This document shows positions 1 to 12,291 of a stretch of 64,000 bases of DNA, one piece after another (the first letter of the stretch is position 1; every line of letters begins with the position of its first letter). The stretch is from Mobula birostris (taxonomy: Eukaryota), in the NCBI RefSeq assembly GCF_030028105.1, contig NC_092378.1:100863731-100927730 (forward strand), written 5' to 3'. Position numbers and translations under genes: made by a program. The notes beneath the pieces are model-generated. The model searched no databases. It was not told where the DNA came from and was given only the letters and a program-made list of their open reading frames with translations.

Positions 1-2734
1 GCCTCAGTGGAAAAAGCCTGCTTGCATTCACTCTATCAATACCCATCATAATTTTATATACCTCTATCAAATCTCCCCTCATTCTTCTACGCTCCAGGGA
101 ATAAAGTCCTAACCTATTCAACCTTTCTCTGTAACTGAGTTTCTCAAGTCCCGGCAACATCCTTCTAAACCTTCTCTGCACTCTTTCAACCTTATTTATA
201 TCCTTCCTGTAATTTGGTGACCAAAACTGTACACAATACTCCAGATTCAACCTCATCATAACATTCCAGCTCTTATACTCAATACTTTGATTAATAAAGG
301 CCAATGTACCAAAAGCTCTCTTTACAACCTTATCTACCTGTGACACCACTTTTAGGGAATTTTGTATCTGTATTCCCAGATCCCTCTGTTCCACTGCACT
401 CCTCAGTGCCTTACCATTAACCCTGTATGTTCTAGCAACACTCATCAAAGTTGCTGGTGAACGCAGCAGGCCAGGCAGCATCTGTAGGAAGAGGTGCTGC
501 CTGGCCTGCTGCGTTCACCAGCAACTTTGATGTGTGTTGCTTGAATTTCCAGCATCTGTAGAATTCCTGTTGTTTCCTGTATGTTCTACTTTGGTTTGTC
601 CTTCCAATGTGCAATACCTCACACTTGTCTGTATTAAACTCCATCTGCCGTTTTTCAGCCCATTTTTCCAGCTGGTCCAAGTCCCTCTGTAGGCTCTGAA
701 AACCTTCCTCACTGTCTACTACACCTCCAATCTTTGTATCATCAGCAAATTTGCTGATCCAATTTACCACATTATCATCCGGATCATTGACATAGATGAC
801 AAATAACAATGGACCCAGCACTGATCCCTGTGGCACACCACTAGTCACAGGCCTCCACTCGGAGAAGCAATTCTCTACTACCACTCTTTGGCTTCTTCCA
901 TTGAGCCAACGTCTAATCCAATTTACCACCTCTCCATGTATACCTAGCGACTGAATTTTCCTAACTAACCTCCCATGCGGGACCTTGTCAAAGGCCTTAC
1001 TGAAGTCCATGTAGACAATATCCACTGCCTTCCCTTCATCCACTGTCCTGGTAACCTCCTCGAAAAACTCCAATAGATTGGTCAAACATGACCTACCACG
1101 CACAAAGCCATGTTGACTCTCCCTAATAAGTCCCTGTCTATCCAAATGCTTGTAGATTCTGTCTCTTAGTACTCCCTCCAATAACTTACCTACTACCGAC
1201 GTTAAACTTACTGGCCTATAATTTCCTGGATTACTTTTCGATCCTTTTTTAAACAACGGAACAACATGAGCCACTCTCCAATCCTCCGGCACCTCACCTG
1301 TAAACAGTGACATTTTGAATATTTCAGCCAGGGCCCCCACAATTTCAACACTAGTCTCCTTCAAGGTCCGAGGGAACATCCTGTCAGGTCCCGGGGATTT
1401 ATCCACTTTAATTTTCCTCAAGACAGCAAGGACCTCCTCCTTTTCGATCTGTACAGTTTCCATGATCTCACTACTTGTTTCCCTTAATTCCATAGACTTC
1501 ATGCCAGTTTCCTTAGTAAATACAGACACAAAAAACCTATTTAAGATCTCCCCCATTTCCTTTGGTTCCTCACATAGCCGACCACTCTGATCTTCAAGAG
1601 GACCAATTTTATCCCTTACAATCCTTTTGCTCTTAATATACCTGTAAAAGCTCTTTGGATTATCCTTCACTTTGACTGCCAAGGCAACCTCATGTCTTCT
1701 TTTAGCCCTCCTGATTTCTTTCTTAAGTATTTTCTTGCACTTCTTATACTCCTCAAACACCTTATTTACTCCCTGCTTCCTATACATGTCATACAACTCC
1801 CTCTTCTTCTTTATCAGAGTTGCAATATCCCTTGAGAACCAAGGTTCCTTATTCCTATTCACTTTGCCTTTAATCCTGACAGGAACATACAAATTCTGCA
1901 CTCTCAAAATTTCTCCTTTGAAGGCTTCCCACCTACCGATCACATCCTTGCCAGAGAACAACCTGTCCCAATCCACGCTTTTTAGATCCTTTCTCATTTC
2001 TTCAAATTTGGCCGCCTTCCAGTTAAGAACCTCAACCCTAGGACCAGATCTATCCTTGCCCATGATCAAGTTGAAACTAATGGTATTATGATCACTGGAA
2101 CCAAAGTGCTCCCCTACACAGACTTCCGTCACTTGTCCTAACTCGTTTCCTAACAGGAGATCCAATATTACATCCCCTCTAGTTGGTCCCTCTATATATT
2201 GATTTAGAAAACTTTCCTGAACACATTTTACAAACTCTAAACCATCTAGACCCCTAACAGTATGGGAGACCCAATCAATATATGGAAAATTAAAATCCCC
2301 TACCACCACAACTTTATGTTTCCTGCAGTTGCCTGCTATCTCTCTGCAGATTTGCTCTTCCAATTCCCTTTGCCTATTGGGTGGTCTGTAATACAATCCC
2401 ACTAATGTGGCCATACCTTTCCTGTTTCTCAGCTCCACCCACAAGGACTCAGTAGACAAGCCCTCTAATCTGTCCTGCCTGAGCACTGCTGTAATATTTT
2501 CCCTAACAAGCAATGCCACTCCCCCACCTTTCATTCCTCTGCCTCGATCACATCTGAAACATTGGAACCCTGGAATATTAAGCTGCCAGTCCTGCCCCTC
2601 CTGTAGCCAAGTTTCACTATTTGCTACAACGTCATAATTCCACGTGTCAATCCCCGCCCTCAACTCATCCGCCTTCCCCGCAATACTCCTAGCATTGAAA
2701 TATATACACCTCAGAAAATTTTTACCAACACTCA
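1..2734 (-). mobile_element. CR1 LINE copy A, ORF2 (APE endonuclease + reverse transcriptase), interrupted by a 141-bp PLE insert at 435-575; runs off window start
   Basis: ORF 432..2819 has APE motifs (YFNARS, ETWL, GDFN, SDHN) and RT motifs (DFSKAFD, GVPQGSVLGP, FADD). The frame continues below 434 (RVNGKALRSAVEQRDLG...LEYCVQFWSP...ERRRMRGDLIEVYK). The first ~28 aa of the predicted ORF come from the tail of copy B. Confidence 0.95.
435..575. mobile_element. Miniature inverted-pLTR Penelope-like insertion (hairpin)
   Basis: 46-bp arms at 435-480 and 495-540 are near-perfect reverse complements, followed by a 35-nt one-sided extension (541-575). TSD cctgtatgttcta at 422-434 and 576-588. Sequence matches the end of the PLE at 58011-58778. 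Confidence 0.85.
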
Positions 2735-4277
2735 TAGAAAACATAGAAAATAGGTGCAGGAGTAGCCCTTTCGGCCCTTCGAGCCTGCACCGCCATTTAT
2801 TATGATCATGGCTGATCATCCAACTCAGAACCCTGCACCAGCCTTCCCTCCATACCCTCTGATCCCCCTAGCCACAAGGGCCATATCTAACTCCCTCTTA
2901 AATATAGCCAATGAACTGACCTCAACTGTTTCCTGTGGCAGAGAATTCCACAGATTCACCACTCTCTGTGTGAAGAAGTTTTTCCTAATCTCAGTCCTAA
3001 AAGGCTTCACCTTTATCCTCAAACTGTGACCCCTCGTTGTGGACTTCCCCAACATCGGGAACAACCTTCCTGTATCTGGCCTGTCCAATCCCTTTAGGAT
3101 TTTATACGTTTCAATCAGATCCTCCCTCAATCTTCTAAATTCCAACGAGTACAAGCCTAGTTCATTCAGTCTTTCTTCATATGAAAGTCCTGCCATTCCA
3201 GAAATCAATCTGGTGAACCTTCTTTGTACTCCCTCTCTGGCAAGGATGTCTTTCCTCAGATTAGGGGACCAAAACTGCACACAATACTCCAGGTGTGGTC
3301 TCACCAAGGCCTTGTACAACTGCAGTAGTACCTCCCTGCTCCTGTATTCGAATCCTCTTGCTATAAATGCCAGCATACCATTCGCCTTTTTCACTGCCTG
3401 CTGTACCTGCATGCCCACTTTCAATGACTGGTGTATAATGACACCCAGGTCTCGTTGCACCTCCCCTTTTCCTAATCGGCCACCATTCAGATAATAATCT
3501 GTTTTCCTATTTTTGCCACCAAAGTGGATAACTTCACGTTTATCCACATTAAATTGCATCTGCCATGAATTTGCCCACTCACCCAACCTATCCAAGTCAC
3601 CCTGCATCCTCTTAGCATCCTCCTCACAGCTAACACTGCCGCCCAGCTTCGTGTCATCCGCAAACTTGGAGATGCTGCATTTAATTCCCTCATCCAAGTC
3701 ATTAATATATATTGTAAACAACTGGGGTCCCAGCACTGAGCCTTGCGGTACCCCACTAGTCACTGCCTGCCATTCTGAAAAGGTCCCGTTTATTCCCACT
3801 CTTTGCTTCCTGTCTGCTAACCAATTCTCTATCCACATCAATACCTTACCCCCAATACCGTGTGCTTTAAGTTTGCACACTAATCTCCTGTGTGGGACCT
3901 TGTCAAAAGCCTTTTGAAAATCCAAATATACCACATCCACTGGTTCTCCCCTATCCACTCTACTAGTTACATCCTCAAAAAATTCTATGAGATTCGTCGG
4001 ACATGATTTTCCTTTCACAAATCCATGCTGACTTTGTCCGATGATTTCACCGCTTTCCAAATGTGCTGTTATCACATCTTTGATAATTGACTCCAGCAGT
4101 TTCCCCACCACCGACGTTAGGCTAACCGGTCTATAATTCCCCGGTTTCTCTCCCTCCTTTTTTAAAAAGTGGGGTTACATTAGCCACCCTCCAATCCTCA
4201 GGAACTAGTCCAGAATCTAACGAGTTTTGAAAAATTATCACTAATGCATCCACTATTTCTTGGGCTACTTCCTTAAG
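2735..4277 (-). mobile_element. CR1 LINE copy B, 5'-truncated, nested in copy A
   Basis: ORF 2825..4111 is an RT C-terminal half (DFQKAFD, PQGSVLGP, FADD, LEYCVQFWSP). 3' tail (catagaaaa)x2 at ~2733-2750. Flanking cactca at 2729-2734 and 4278-4283; copy A reads through (KVVSVGKNFLRC) when B is removed. Confidence 0.92.
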
Positions 4278-4995
4278 CACTCACAACCTTTCTATCAGTG
4301 GATTTGCTTGAACTTTTAACATAGTTTATTTTCACCCCAGCCACACTGTCAGCTCTGGCACTCTGGTTCCCATCCCACTGCAAATCTAGTTTAAAGCCCC
4401 CCCAATAGCATTAACAAACCTCCCTGAAAGGATATTGGTCCCCCTGTAGTTCAAGTGTAACCCGTCTCTCTTGTACAGGTCCCACCTGCCCCAGAAGAGG
4501 TCCCAATTATCCTGAAATCTGAAACCCTGCTCCCTACACCAGTTCCTCAGCCACTTGTTCATCCTCCAGAGCATCCTATTCCTACCCTCACTGGCATGTA
4601 GCACAGGTAGCAATCCTGAGATTACCACCCTCGAGGTCCTGCTTTTCAACTTCCTACCAAGCTCTCTATACTCACTCTCCAGGGCCTCCTCACTCTTCCT
4701 TGCTATGTCATTGGTACCGATGTGCACCACGACATCTGGCTGATCACTCTCCCACTTCAGAATGTCATGCAATCAATCAGAGACATCCTTGACCTTGGCA
4801 CCCAGGAGGCAACAAACCATCCTGGGTTCTCTGTCACGACCACAGAACCTCCTATCTGCACCTCTAACTATCGAGTCCCCTATCACTACCGCTCTCCTCT
4901 CTCTCCCCCCTCCCTTCTGCACTGCAGAACCAGACTCAGTGCCAGAGATCCGGCTACTGCAGCTTGTCCCAGGTAAGTCATCCCCCCCAACAATC
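4278..4995 (-). mobile_element. CR1 copy A 5' part: ORF1 SGNH-esterase domain with one nonsense codon
   Basis: In-frame ORFs 4773..5003 and 4386..4772 give VIGDSIVR...GAKVKDVSD*LHDIL...HIGTND...DGLHLN, the GDS/GxND/DxxH blocks of CR1 ORF1 esterases. Confidence 0.9.
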
Positions 4996-5177
4996 CCTAA
5001 CAATCCAGTGCGCTTGTTAGGGATTGTTGCTGTATTTTACTTGAAATCTTTTAGATGAAGTTTATCATAATCACGCGAGTGTAGAATATTTGTTTACTCC
5101 GATTAATATTGGAGAAAGTATTACCAAGCAAAATGTTTTGGTTTTCATTACTTGATAGTGTGTTCTGTTATTGCCAG

Positions 5178-5292
5178 ATTGGACAGTATATTATGTCCTT
5201 GCCTCTGCATCTGGAACCCTTTGTGACACAGGAGGATCCAGCACTTGAGTTGGCACTGCATTCTGGAAAACTCCCATACCCTCCAGAGCAAG
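5178..5292 (+). CDS. COG7: COG7 third-to-last coding exon (115 nt)
   Basis: ttgccag|ATT...CAAG|gtaagg; encodes [38 protein letters not shown](G), recognisable as vertebrate COG7. Phase 1 matches the next exon. Confidence 0.95.
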
Positions 5293-6284
5293 GTAAGGAG
5301 AGATGGGTAGCTAACTGTGAGTAAAGTCAGGTAAAGTTAAGTCCAGAACTATCATGATCATGTTAAATGCTGGAACAAGTTGACGAGAAGTTACTGTCCG
5401 ATCCTTTTGCACCTGGGCAAGAAATACATGCTTCTGTTTGGTTCAGAAATTTCACTGCAAAAGCATTTTATCCTGCATAATCAAATCAAAGTCTTTAGTA
5501 TTTGCTCATTATCCATTTCAGATGGGAATTGGTGATGATGTAGGCTCCTGTGACTGCTGTTTGAAGTTGCTTAATTCTCAGTTGTTATGTCTGCATGATA
5601 GAGTTTTTGTTTGAATAAGGATTTGAGTCTTATTCGGGGTCTGGGTTTGAATGGAGTTCTAACGAAGTGGAAGTCCTTCATAACTGCAAATGTTGAGTCA
5701 GTATCCAAATTTCACCAAAATGCAAAAGCTTGCATTTCTGAAGCACCTTTTAAAAATGAAATATTAAACAACAATATGAGAAGTGAGGGAGGGGGAGATA
5801 AGGAAGATGGGCTTGAAGAAGGATTTTGAAAACATCTGATAAAGCAATGAGTGTTCAAGGACAGAATTAGGCAAATTTTGCTAATAATGGTTTTGAAGAA
5901 GGACAGCACTACTTTCAAAGATCATTACAGACTCAGGTTGGGGGGTGGTGTGCAGAGGTGAGAACCAGGCTGTAGCATGAAATCCACATTTAAAACTCAC
6001 AGAGGTAGTTCGATCTTATAAAAGATTTACAAATTACAAATAATTTCTAAAACACACTGGATTTCCAAAATACAGATACAATTCCGATAAGCTAAAAAGA
6101 CACACCAGTGAGTTGTAGACAAACGATTCACATGTCACAGATACTGAAGACAGAGGAACGAATTATAGTCACCCCATCTTTCTGTCATTCTTCTTGTTGT
6201 TCCTTGGCCATTCCTAACAAGGCTGACTGCCTTGTACTGTTTTTGTGCCACTTGTGTGACTTCACACAGATGGTCTAAAATCTT

Positions 6285-7528
6285 CTACCTCTGTTAGATT
6301 GCATGTGGATTGTGAGTGAACAGCCCTTTTTAAGTCCAGCCACAAATACTCATTTGGTTTGAGGTCTGGACTCTGACTTGGCCACTCCAGGACATTAACT
6401 TTGTTGTTTTTAAGCCATTCCTGTATAGCTTTGGCTTTGTGCTTGGGATCATTGTCGTGCTGGAAAACAAATTTCCCAAGTGGCAGTTCTCTTGCATGCT
6501 GCGTCAGTTTTTCCTGCATTTATTTTACCCTCTACCTTCACAAGACTTCCAGAGCCTGCTGCAGTAAAGCATCCCCGCAGCATGATGTAGCCACCACCAT
6601 GCTTCACGGTAGGGGTGGTATGTTTTTGATGTGTGGTGTTCGGCTTATGCCAAACAGTGTTTAGTCTGATGGCCAAAAAGCTCAATTTTGGTTTCATCAG
6701 ACCATATAACCTTCTTCCAGCTGACTTAAGAGGCTCCCACATGCCTTCTGGAAAATGCTATGAGATTTCATGTGAGTTTTTTTCAACAGTGGCTTTCTCT
6801 TTACCATTCTCCCATCTTAGGCACTGAAGCTTGTAACTCCTTCAGAGTTGTCATAGATCTCCTAATGGCCTCCCTCACTAGTCCCTTACTTGCAGGGTCA
6901 CTCAGTTTTTGAGAACAGCCTGCTCTAGGCAGATTTACAGCTGTGCTGTATTCTTTCCATTTCCTGATGATTGACTTGGAAATCAAAGGGATTCCAAGGG
7001 ATAGTCAGTGACTTGGAAATTTTCTTGTATCCATCTCCTGACTTGTGCTTTTCAACAATCTTTTCATGGAGTTGTTTGGAGTGTTCTTTTGTCTTCATGG
7101 TGTAGTTTTTGTCAGGATACTGACTCACCAGCAGTTGGACTTTCCAGATACAGGTCTATCTTTACTACAACCAATTGAAACATCTTGACTGCACACAGGT
7201 CTCCAAACACAGATCTCCATTTAACTAATTATGTGACTTCTAAAACCAAATGGCTGCACCAGTGATGATTTGGTGTATCATATTAAAGGGGAAGGGTGTG
7301 AATACATATGTATGGGGTCTTTCTACACATATGCAATCAATTATTTGGTGTTTTGTTTTGTAATTAATTTAGATCACTTTGTAGTGATCTGTTTTCACTT
7401 TGACATGAAAGTCTTGCTTTGTTGTTCAGTGTCAAAAGAGCCAAATTAAATTCACTGTGATTCAATGTTGTAAAACAACAAAACATGAAAACTTCCAAGG
7501 GAGGGTGAATACTTTCTATAGGCATGTA
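6285..7528 (-). mobile_element. Tc1-like (DD34E) DNA transposon fossil, 3' end missing
   Basis: Frameshifted transposase from ATG 7098: [70 protein letters not shown]. One terminal repeat ~7290-7526 contains two gggtg(tg)aatac motifs and is followed by TA. Confidence 0.92.
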
Positions 7529-7529
7529 C

Positions 7530-8345
7530 TTCATGTTCAAGAAGGTAACAGGGATAATCCATGTAATTATAGGCCAGTTAATGTTGGTGGTCGGAAAATA
7601 ATTAGAACAAGTTTAACCCACACTTGGAAAGACTCTGCTTAGCTAGGAACAATTCACAGATTTGTTGGTGGGAGATTGTCTGAATGATCTAATTGAGTCT
7701 TATGAAGAGGTAACTAAATATTTTAATGAGTCCAATGCAGTTGATGTAACTTACCGTCAAAGGTCTTACTGAAGTACAAGGTGTCACGTGGTAGGCTTGT
7801 CTAAAAAAATTTAGAGCCTATGGGATCCAAGGCAACTTGACAAACTAGATCCAATATTGGCTTGGTAATAGGAAACAGAGAGTGGCAGTGGAGGGTTGCT
7901 TTTGTGCTTTGAAGTTTGTAACCAGCAGCGTATCACAGAGATTGATGCTGGAATCATTATTTGCGATCAACATTAACAACCTGGATGTGAATACCAGTTT
8001 ACAGGTGATACAAAAATGAGTGATGGTGGTGATAATGATGAGTGCTGTCTACAGAATTATATTAATCTGCTGGTAAGATGGGCAGGGCATTGGCAGATAG
8101 ATTTTAACTCTGACAAGTGTAAGATGATGTATTATGTAAGGATAGGACAAATACCATGAATGATAAGTATTGTGGAACAAAGAAATTTACTGTAAAGACC
8201 AAGAATCCTGAAATTGTAGCACAGATGGAGAGGATGGTGAAAAAGGCATATGGAATGCTCATCTTTATTTGCTGGGACATGGGGTATAAGAACAGGGAGG
8301 ACTTGGTATGATATTATCAAACATTGGTTGGGCCACAGTCAGAAT
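7530..8345 (+). mobile_element. Decayed CR1 RT fragment
   Basis: Remnants of DNPCNYRPV, the EEVT region, rvavegcf and KKAYGML, with many stops. Confidence 0.75.
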
Positions 8346-9453
8346 ACCCTGTGGACAGTGACCAGTGTAGTGAGAGCTGTTGTAGATCAGCGAGGAGGTG
8401 TGTGGACGGGGAATGTAGGTGATTTAGCGCAGTAGTCTAATCTGGTGGAGAGAAGTGAGCTGGTTTTGATTGGTATGACATTGAAAATCATCACGGTGAG
8501 GGAGGTCAATGCTGGTCTGTGGGAATGGATTAGAAAGAGACATTATTGGTCGATGGAGTAAGAGAGTACCTAACGTATGTGAGTCAGGAGACAGTTTTAA
8601 ATCGAGAGGTGGGAGAAAAAACAATGTAGTTCTGTGAGATGATAGATACTGCAAATGTAGATGTATAAACAGAAGATAATCCAATTAGATCAGTGCAGCC
8701 AACAGAAGTGTGAAGGTTGCCAAGGTACATGAGTAGATTATAGGAAGAACAAATGTCTTTATTTAGAGAAGTAAGCCACAGTGGGTGAGAGAGTCAGGGA
8801 GGATGGTATTGAAAGTGAATAGGTCAATGAGGTGAGTTGGGATCTAATTTAAATCATTGAGGATAGCATTGTGGCAATGGTAATCACTGGCAAGGGTTAG
8901 TCACTAATAAGAGGCTGTTAATGTTGGCCAGTGTGAGGAGCAGGGAACCAGTACTGGTGTGTGAGGACCCATTGTTAGTCAGTGTGTGAGCAGCTGAGAC
9001 CTGGTGTTTGTCAGGCAGTGTGTGTGAGCAGGTGGGCAGTGTCAGTAATGTTGAGTGCATGGGAAACCAGCTCTGGTCTGTGAAGTGAGCCCTTCGGTGT
9101 AATAGAATGTGTGCTGTTCTCAGTCTTTGACTTCATATTAGAGTCAGTGTAGCTCAGTGCTTTGAAGGAGAAGCCTGTGCAGGTCAGTGTTAAGAGTCAT
9201 GAGGTGGACCCTTCTGTAAAATTGGAATCTGGATAAGCTGAAATTGGTGTGTGGTGTCAGTAGGACCAATGGGATTATTTGTGTTTGCAGAGCGGTGGGT
9301 GAAAGGGTAAGATGAGGTTGCCAGTAGTTTGGGATTCAGACTAATTTGCAAAATAGATTGAAAACACTAATACTTTCATGGGAGCTTTCTGTTGTTCATT
9401 TACTGATGAAATGTGTCTGTTTGCTCAATTTATGTGCTTCAACTCTCTCCTAG

Positions 9454-9597
9454 GAGATGAGGTGCCAGAACTAGACAACATGGCTGATTACTGGCTGGGC
9501 TCCATTGCCAGGGCAACAATGCATACTTACTGTGAATCCATTCTGCAGATCTCGGAGCTTACACCCCACGCAACCAAGCAACTCATCACAGACATTG
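9454..9597 (+). CDS. COG7: COG7 penultimate coding exon (144 nt)
   Basis: ctcctag|GA...ATTG|gtgaga; encodes [47 protein letters not shown]. Confidence 0.95.
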
Positions 9598-9849
9598 GTG
9601 AGAGTCATGTAAACAAGGAGAAGCATCTCTGTTGTATTCATTAAGTTATTATAGCACACAGCTGGCCACTTGGCCCTCGTGCCTTGTGCTGGGTCTTCCA
9701 AGAATTCATTCTGAATAGGAAAGTTTTTCTAAGCTTTCATTTCTTATTTCTTCTAGCATTTAAGTATTCTATCTTATGCTCTCACTGTAATGGTATACCC
9801 CAAACTCAACTATTGAGCTTAGAATCAGGTTTATAATTTTAAAATGTTA

Positions 9850-10118
9850 TTTTATTGAGATACTGTGCAGAACAGGCCCTTCTGGCCCTTCAAGACAGCT
9901 GCCCAGCAATCCCCTAATTTAATCCTAGTCTAATCAGGGGACAATTTACAATGATTAATTAACCTACCAACCGGTACGTCTTTGGACTGTGGGAGGAAAC
10001 CGGAGCACCCGGAGGAAACCCACTCGGGTACAAACTCCTTGCAGGCAGCGGTGGGGATTGAAGCCGGATCTCCTGTACCGTAAAGCATTGTGCTAACCAC
10101 TGCACAACCATGCTGCCC
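9850..10118 (-). mobile_element. HE1-type tRNA-derived V-SINE
   Basis: Reverse strand has a tRNA head (ggcagcatggttgtgcagtggttagc...ggcttcaatccc), a V-domain gggtttcctccgggtgctccggtttcctcccacagtccaaagacg, and a CR1-like 3' tail. Confidence 0.85.
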
Positions 10119-10305
10119 ATTTGTGAACTTTGTTATCTTGTGGCTCATCCTCCAGTCTCCCAGAAGCTTTAGAATTCCAAAGCTAATGTGACTTTGAGTC
10201 TTCATTCAGATCTTTTCTGCCTTGATGTTGCACTGCACTTTGTGCACAGAGTATATGAACAGCTCTGTAATCAATCTTCCTGTATGTATACCTTCCTATT
10301 CCCAG

Positions 10306-10472
10306 ATTACCTCAGCAATGTAATGGACGCTCTTGGCCTGCAGCCATCCCGAACTCTGCAGCAGATTGCAACGGCTCTGAAAGCAAAGCCCGAAGAATTC
10401 AGACAAGCCACAAAGGGGCTTCCACGGAGAATGACGAGTGCAATCACATCCATGAGGAGTATCCAGTACTGA
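10306..10472 (+). CDS. COG7: COG7 last coding exon to TGA
   Basis: ttcccag|AT TAC...; encodes (D)[54 protein letters not shown], matching the COG7 C-terminus. Confidence 0.96.
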
Positions 10473-10490
10473 CCAACAGATAGAATTCTC

Positions 10491-10778
10491 TATTTTTATT
10501 GAATTAGTGACACAGCGTGGAGTTGGCCCCTCTGGCCCTTCGAGCCACGCCGCCCCAAGCAACCCTAACAAACCCAATTAACCCCAACCTAATCACAGGA
10601 CAATTTACAATGACCTTCTAATCTACCCGGTATGTCTTTGGACTGTGGTTAGGAAACCAGAGGACCCAATGAAAACCCACTCATTCCACGGGGAAGACGT
10701 GCAGAGACCCCTGACAGAGCGGTGCTGGAATTGAACTCCATACTCCAGGACACCCCAAGCTACACTACTGTGACGCCC
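10491..10778 (-). mobile_element. HE1-type V-SINE, antisense, just 3' of the COG7 stop
   Basis: Same layout as 9850-10118 (gtctttggactgtgg...aggaaacc...gaaaacccac). Confidence 0.85.
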
Positions 10779-12285
10779 TAGTGATATTTTGGGAACACTA
10801 TTCACAAACACAATCTGTTTCATTCTTATGTGGGAAGACTGTCATTCTGGGTGGCTTACAGACCAATTTTGTGAGTCCCCTATACTGGTACAATGGACCC
10901 TTCATGCTGAGTTGTTTGATACTGAGTATCTGATGTGGGTTCCACACTCCAATCTTCAGACAATTTGAAAAGGCCAGGATTGGTGATTAGAATATTGCAA
11001 GTGTTCTGATAATGGGTCAGGGAGGTTAAAATTAAACAGCACCATGATCACTATCTGTAGACACCTGAACCAAACCAGTGCTGGAGGTATATTTGCCCTT
11101 GGCTGTTCGACCTGGGAGTGTAGTATCTGCACCAGAGCGATCCTGGGTAGCCTCTTAAGCTTGCATGACTGAAAATGAGCCACAGCAGCGCCTTCAAAGG
11201 TAACACAAAGAGCCAAAGTCTTTGTAAATGATGCTAAAGAAACCAGCAAGAAGAGACTGAATGTGGAGGAAACGTTTGAGAGACTAAATGGCAAGAAAAA
11301 GTCTGTGAGCGTGTTTCAAGTAGCTCATGAATACACTTTCTCAGGTGGGACTTCAAAGTCCTCCCGACTGGAATCAATTTACTCATGGCAAATTAATTTA
11401 AGAGAAGTTCCAGAGGCCCTTCTCACAGCCCCACGGAGCAATGGAAGGAAGAGTACACAACCTCACCGAAACTACGCAGGGTAGGAAGACAAACCTGCAT
11501 GATATATTGCAGGCGAGTAGCATAATGAGGCTGTGAACTGCATGGACTGCAGTCATTGGGTAATGAATTGTATCTTGTAGACATTGAGAAATGAAGTAAA
11601 TCATTTTTCCTGAAAATATGTTTAAAATGTATTAATTTATTATAAGGTTGTGTGTCTTTGCAAAGAATATATGGAGAAATATTTTAACTGCAGAATTCCC
11701 TCCTGAAGCCTCTCTAGAATTCTTACTAGTTCATTTTTGGACCGTTCACTGTGCTAAAGGCATTATATAATTGCAAACGTTTTCAATTTCCTGGTGACAG
11801 CTCCTTGCACAGGTTTTTCTGGAATCTCTGGAAGGGATGGTGGTAGCTGGTTTGTCAGGATTGTGTGTGCCTTTTTCCAGCCAATATATATAGCAGTTGT
11901 GCCTGAGTCGTTCAAAAGCCCATTCAGAAAGGAAGGTCTGTTGTTTCTGTGTCAGTTCTAATTCATGCGGTCATTTCAGCTCTTCTTTTTCCATGTTTAC
12001 TCATCAGGTAAAGAGCTTCTAGTGAACCTCTTTCCCTTTATCTTTTCTGGAATGCATGACTAGGATGGTAATGTTGAAAAAAGTAAAAAATATGTGGATG
12101 CCATTTATGGTAAGACTGGGGGCCAATGTCATTGGAAGGGCAGGAACAAGAGCTTTCCTTCTCATTTGATAAAAGCCTTGTCACCTATTTGATGTGGTGA
12201 AAGGTGGTTTCATTTTCGGATCCATCACCATGTGGCTCTTTCCATCTCGCAGGTATGGGATTAGAAAGCCCAAAACACTGAAGAC

Positions 12286-12291
12286 AATAAA
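12286..12291 (+). promoter_or_regulatory. Candidate COG7 polyadenylation signal AATAAA
   Basis: First canonical AATAAA noticed downstream of the stop; an ATTAAA also occurs at 11031. No transcript evidence. Confidence 0.2.

Noticed and set aside
432-2819. 795-aa ORF as an active or host gene
   Set aside because: Chimera of two CR1 copies and a PLE hairpin; the RT C-terminus is cut off by the insert.
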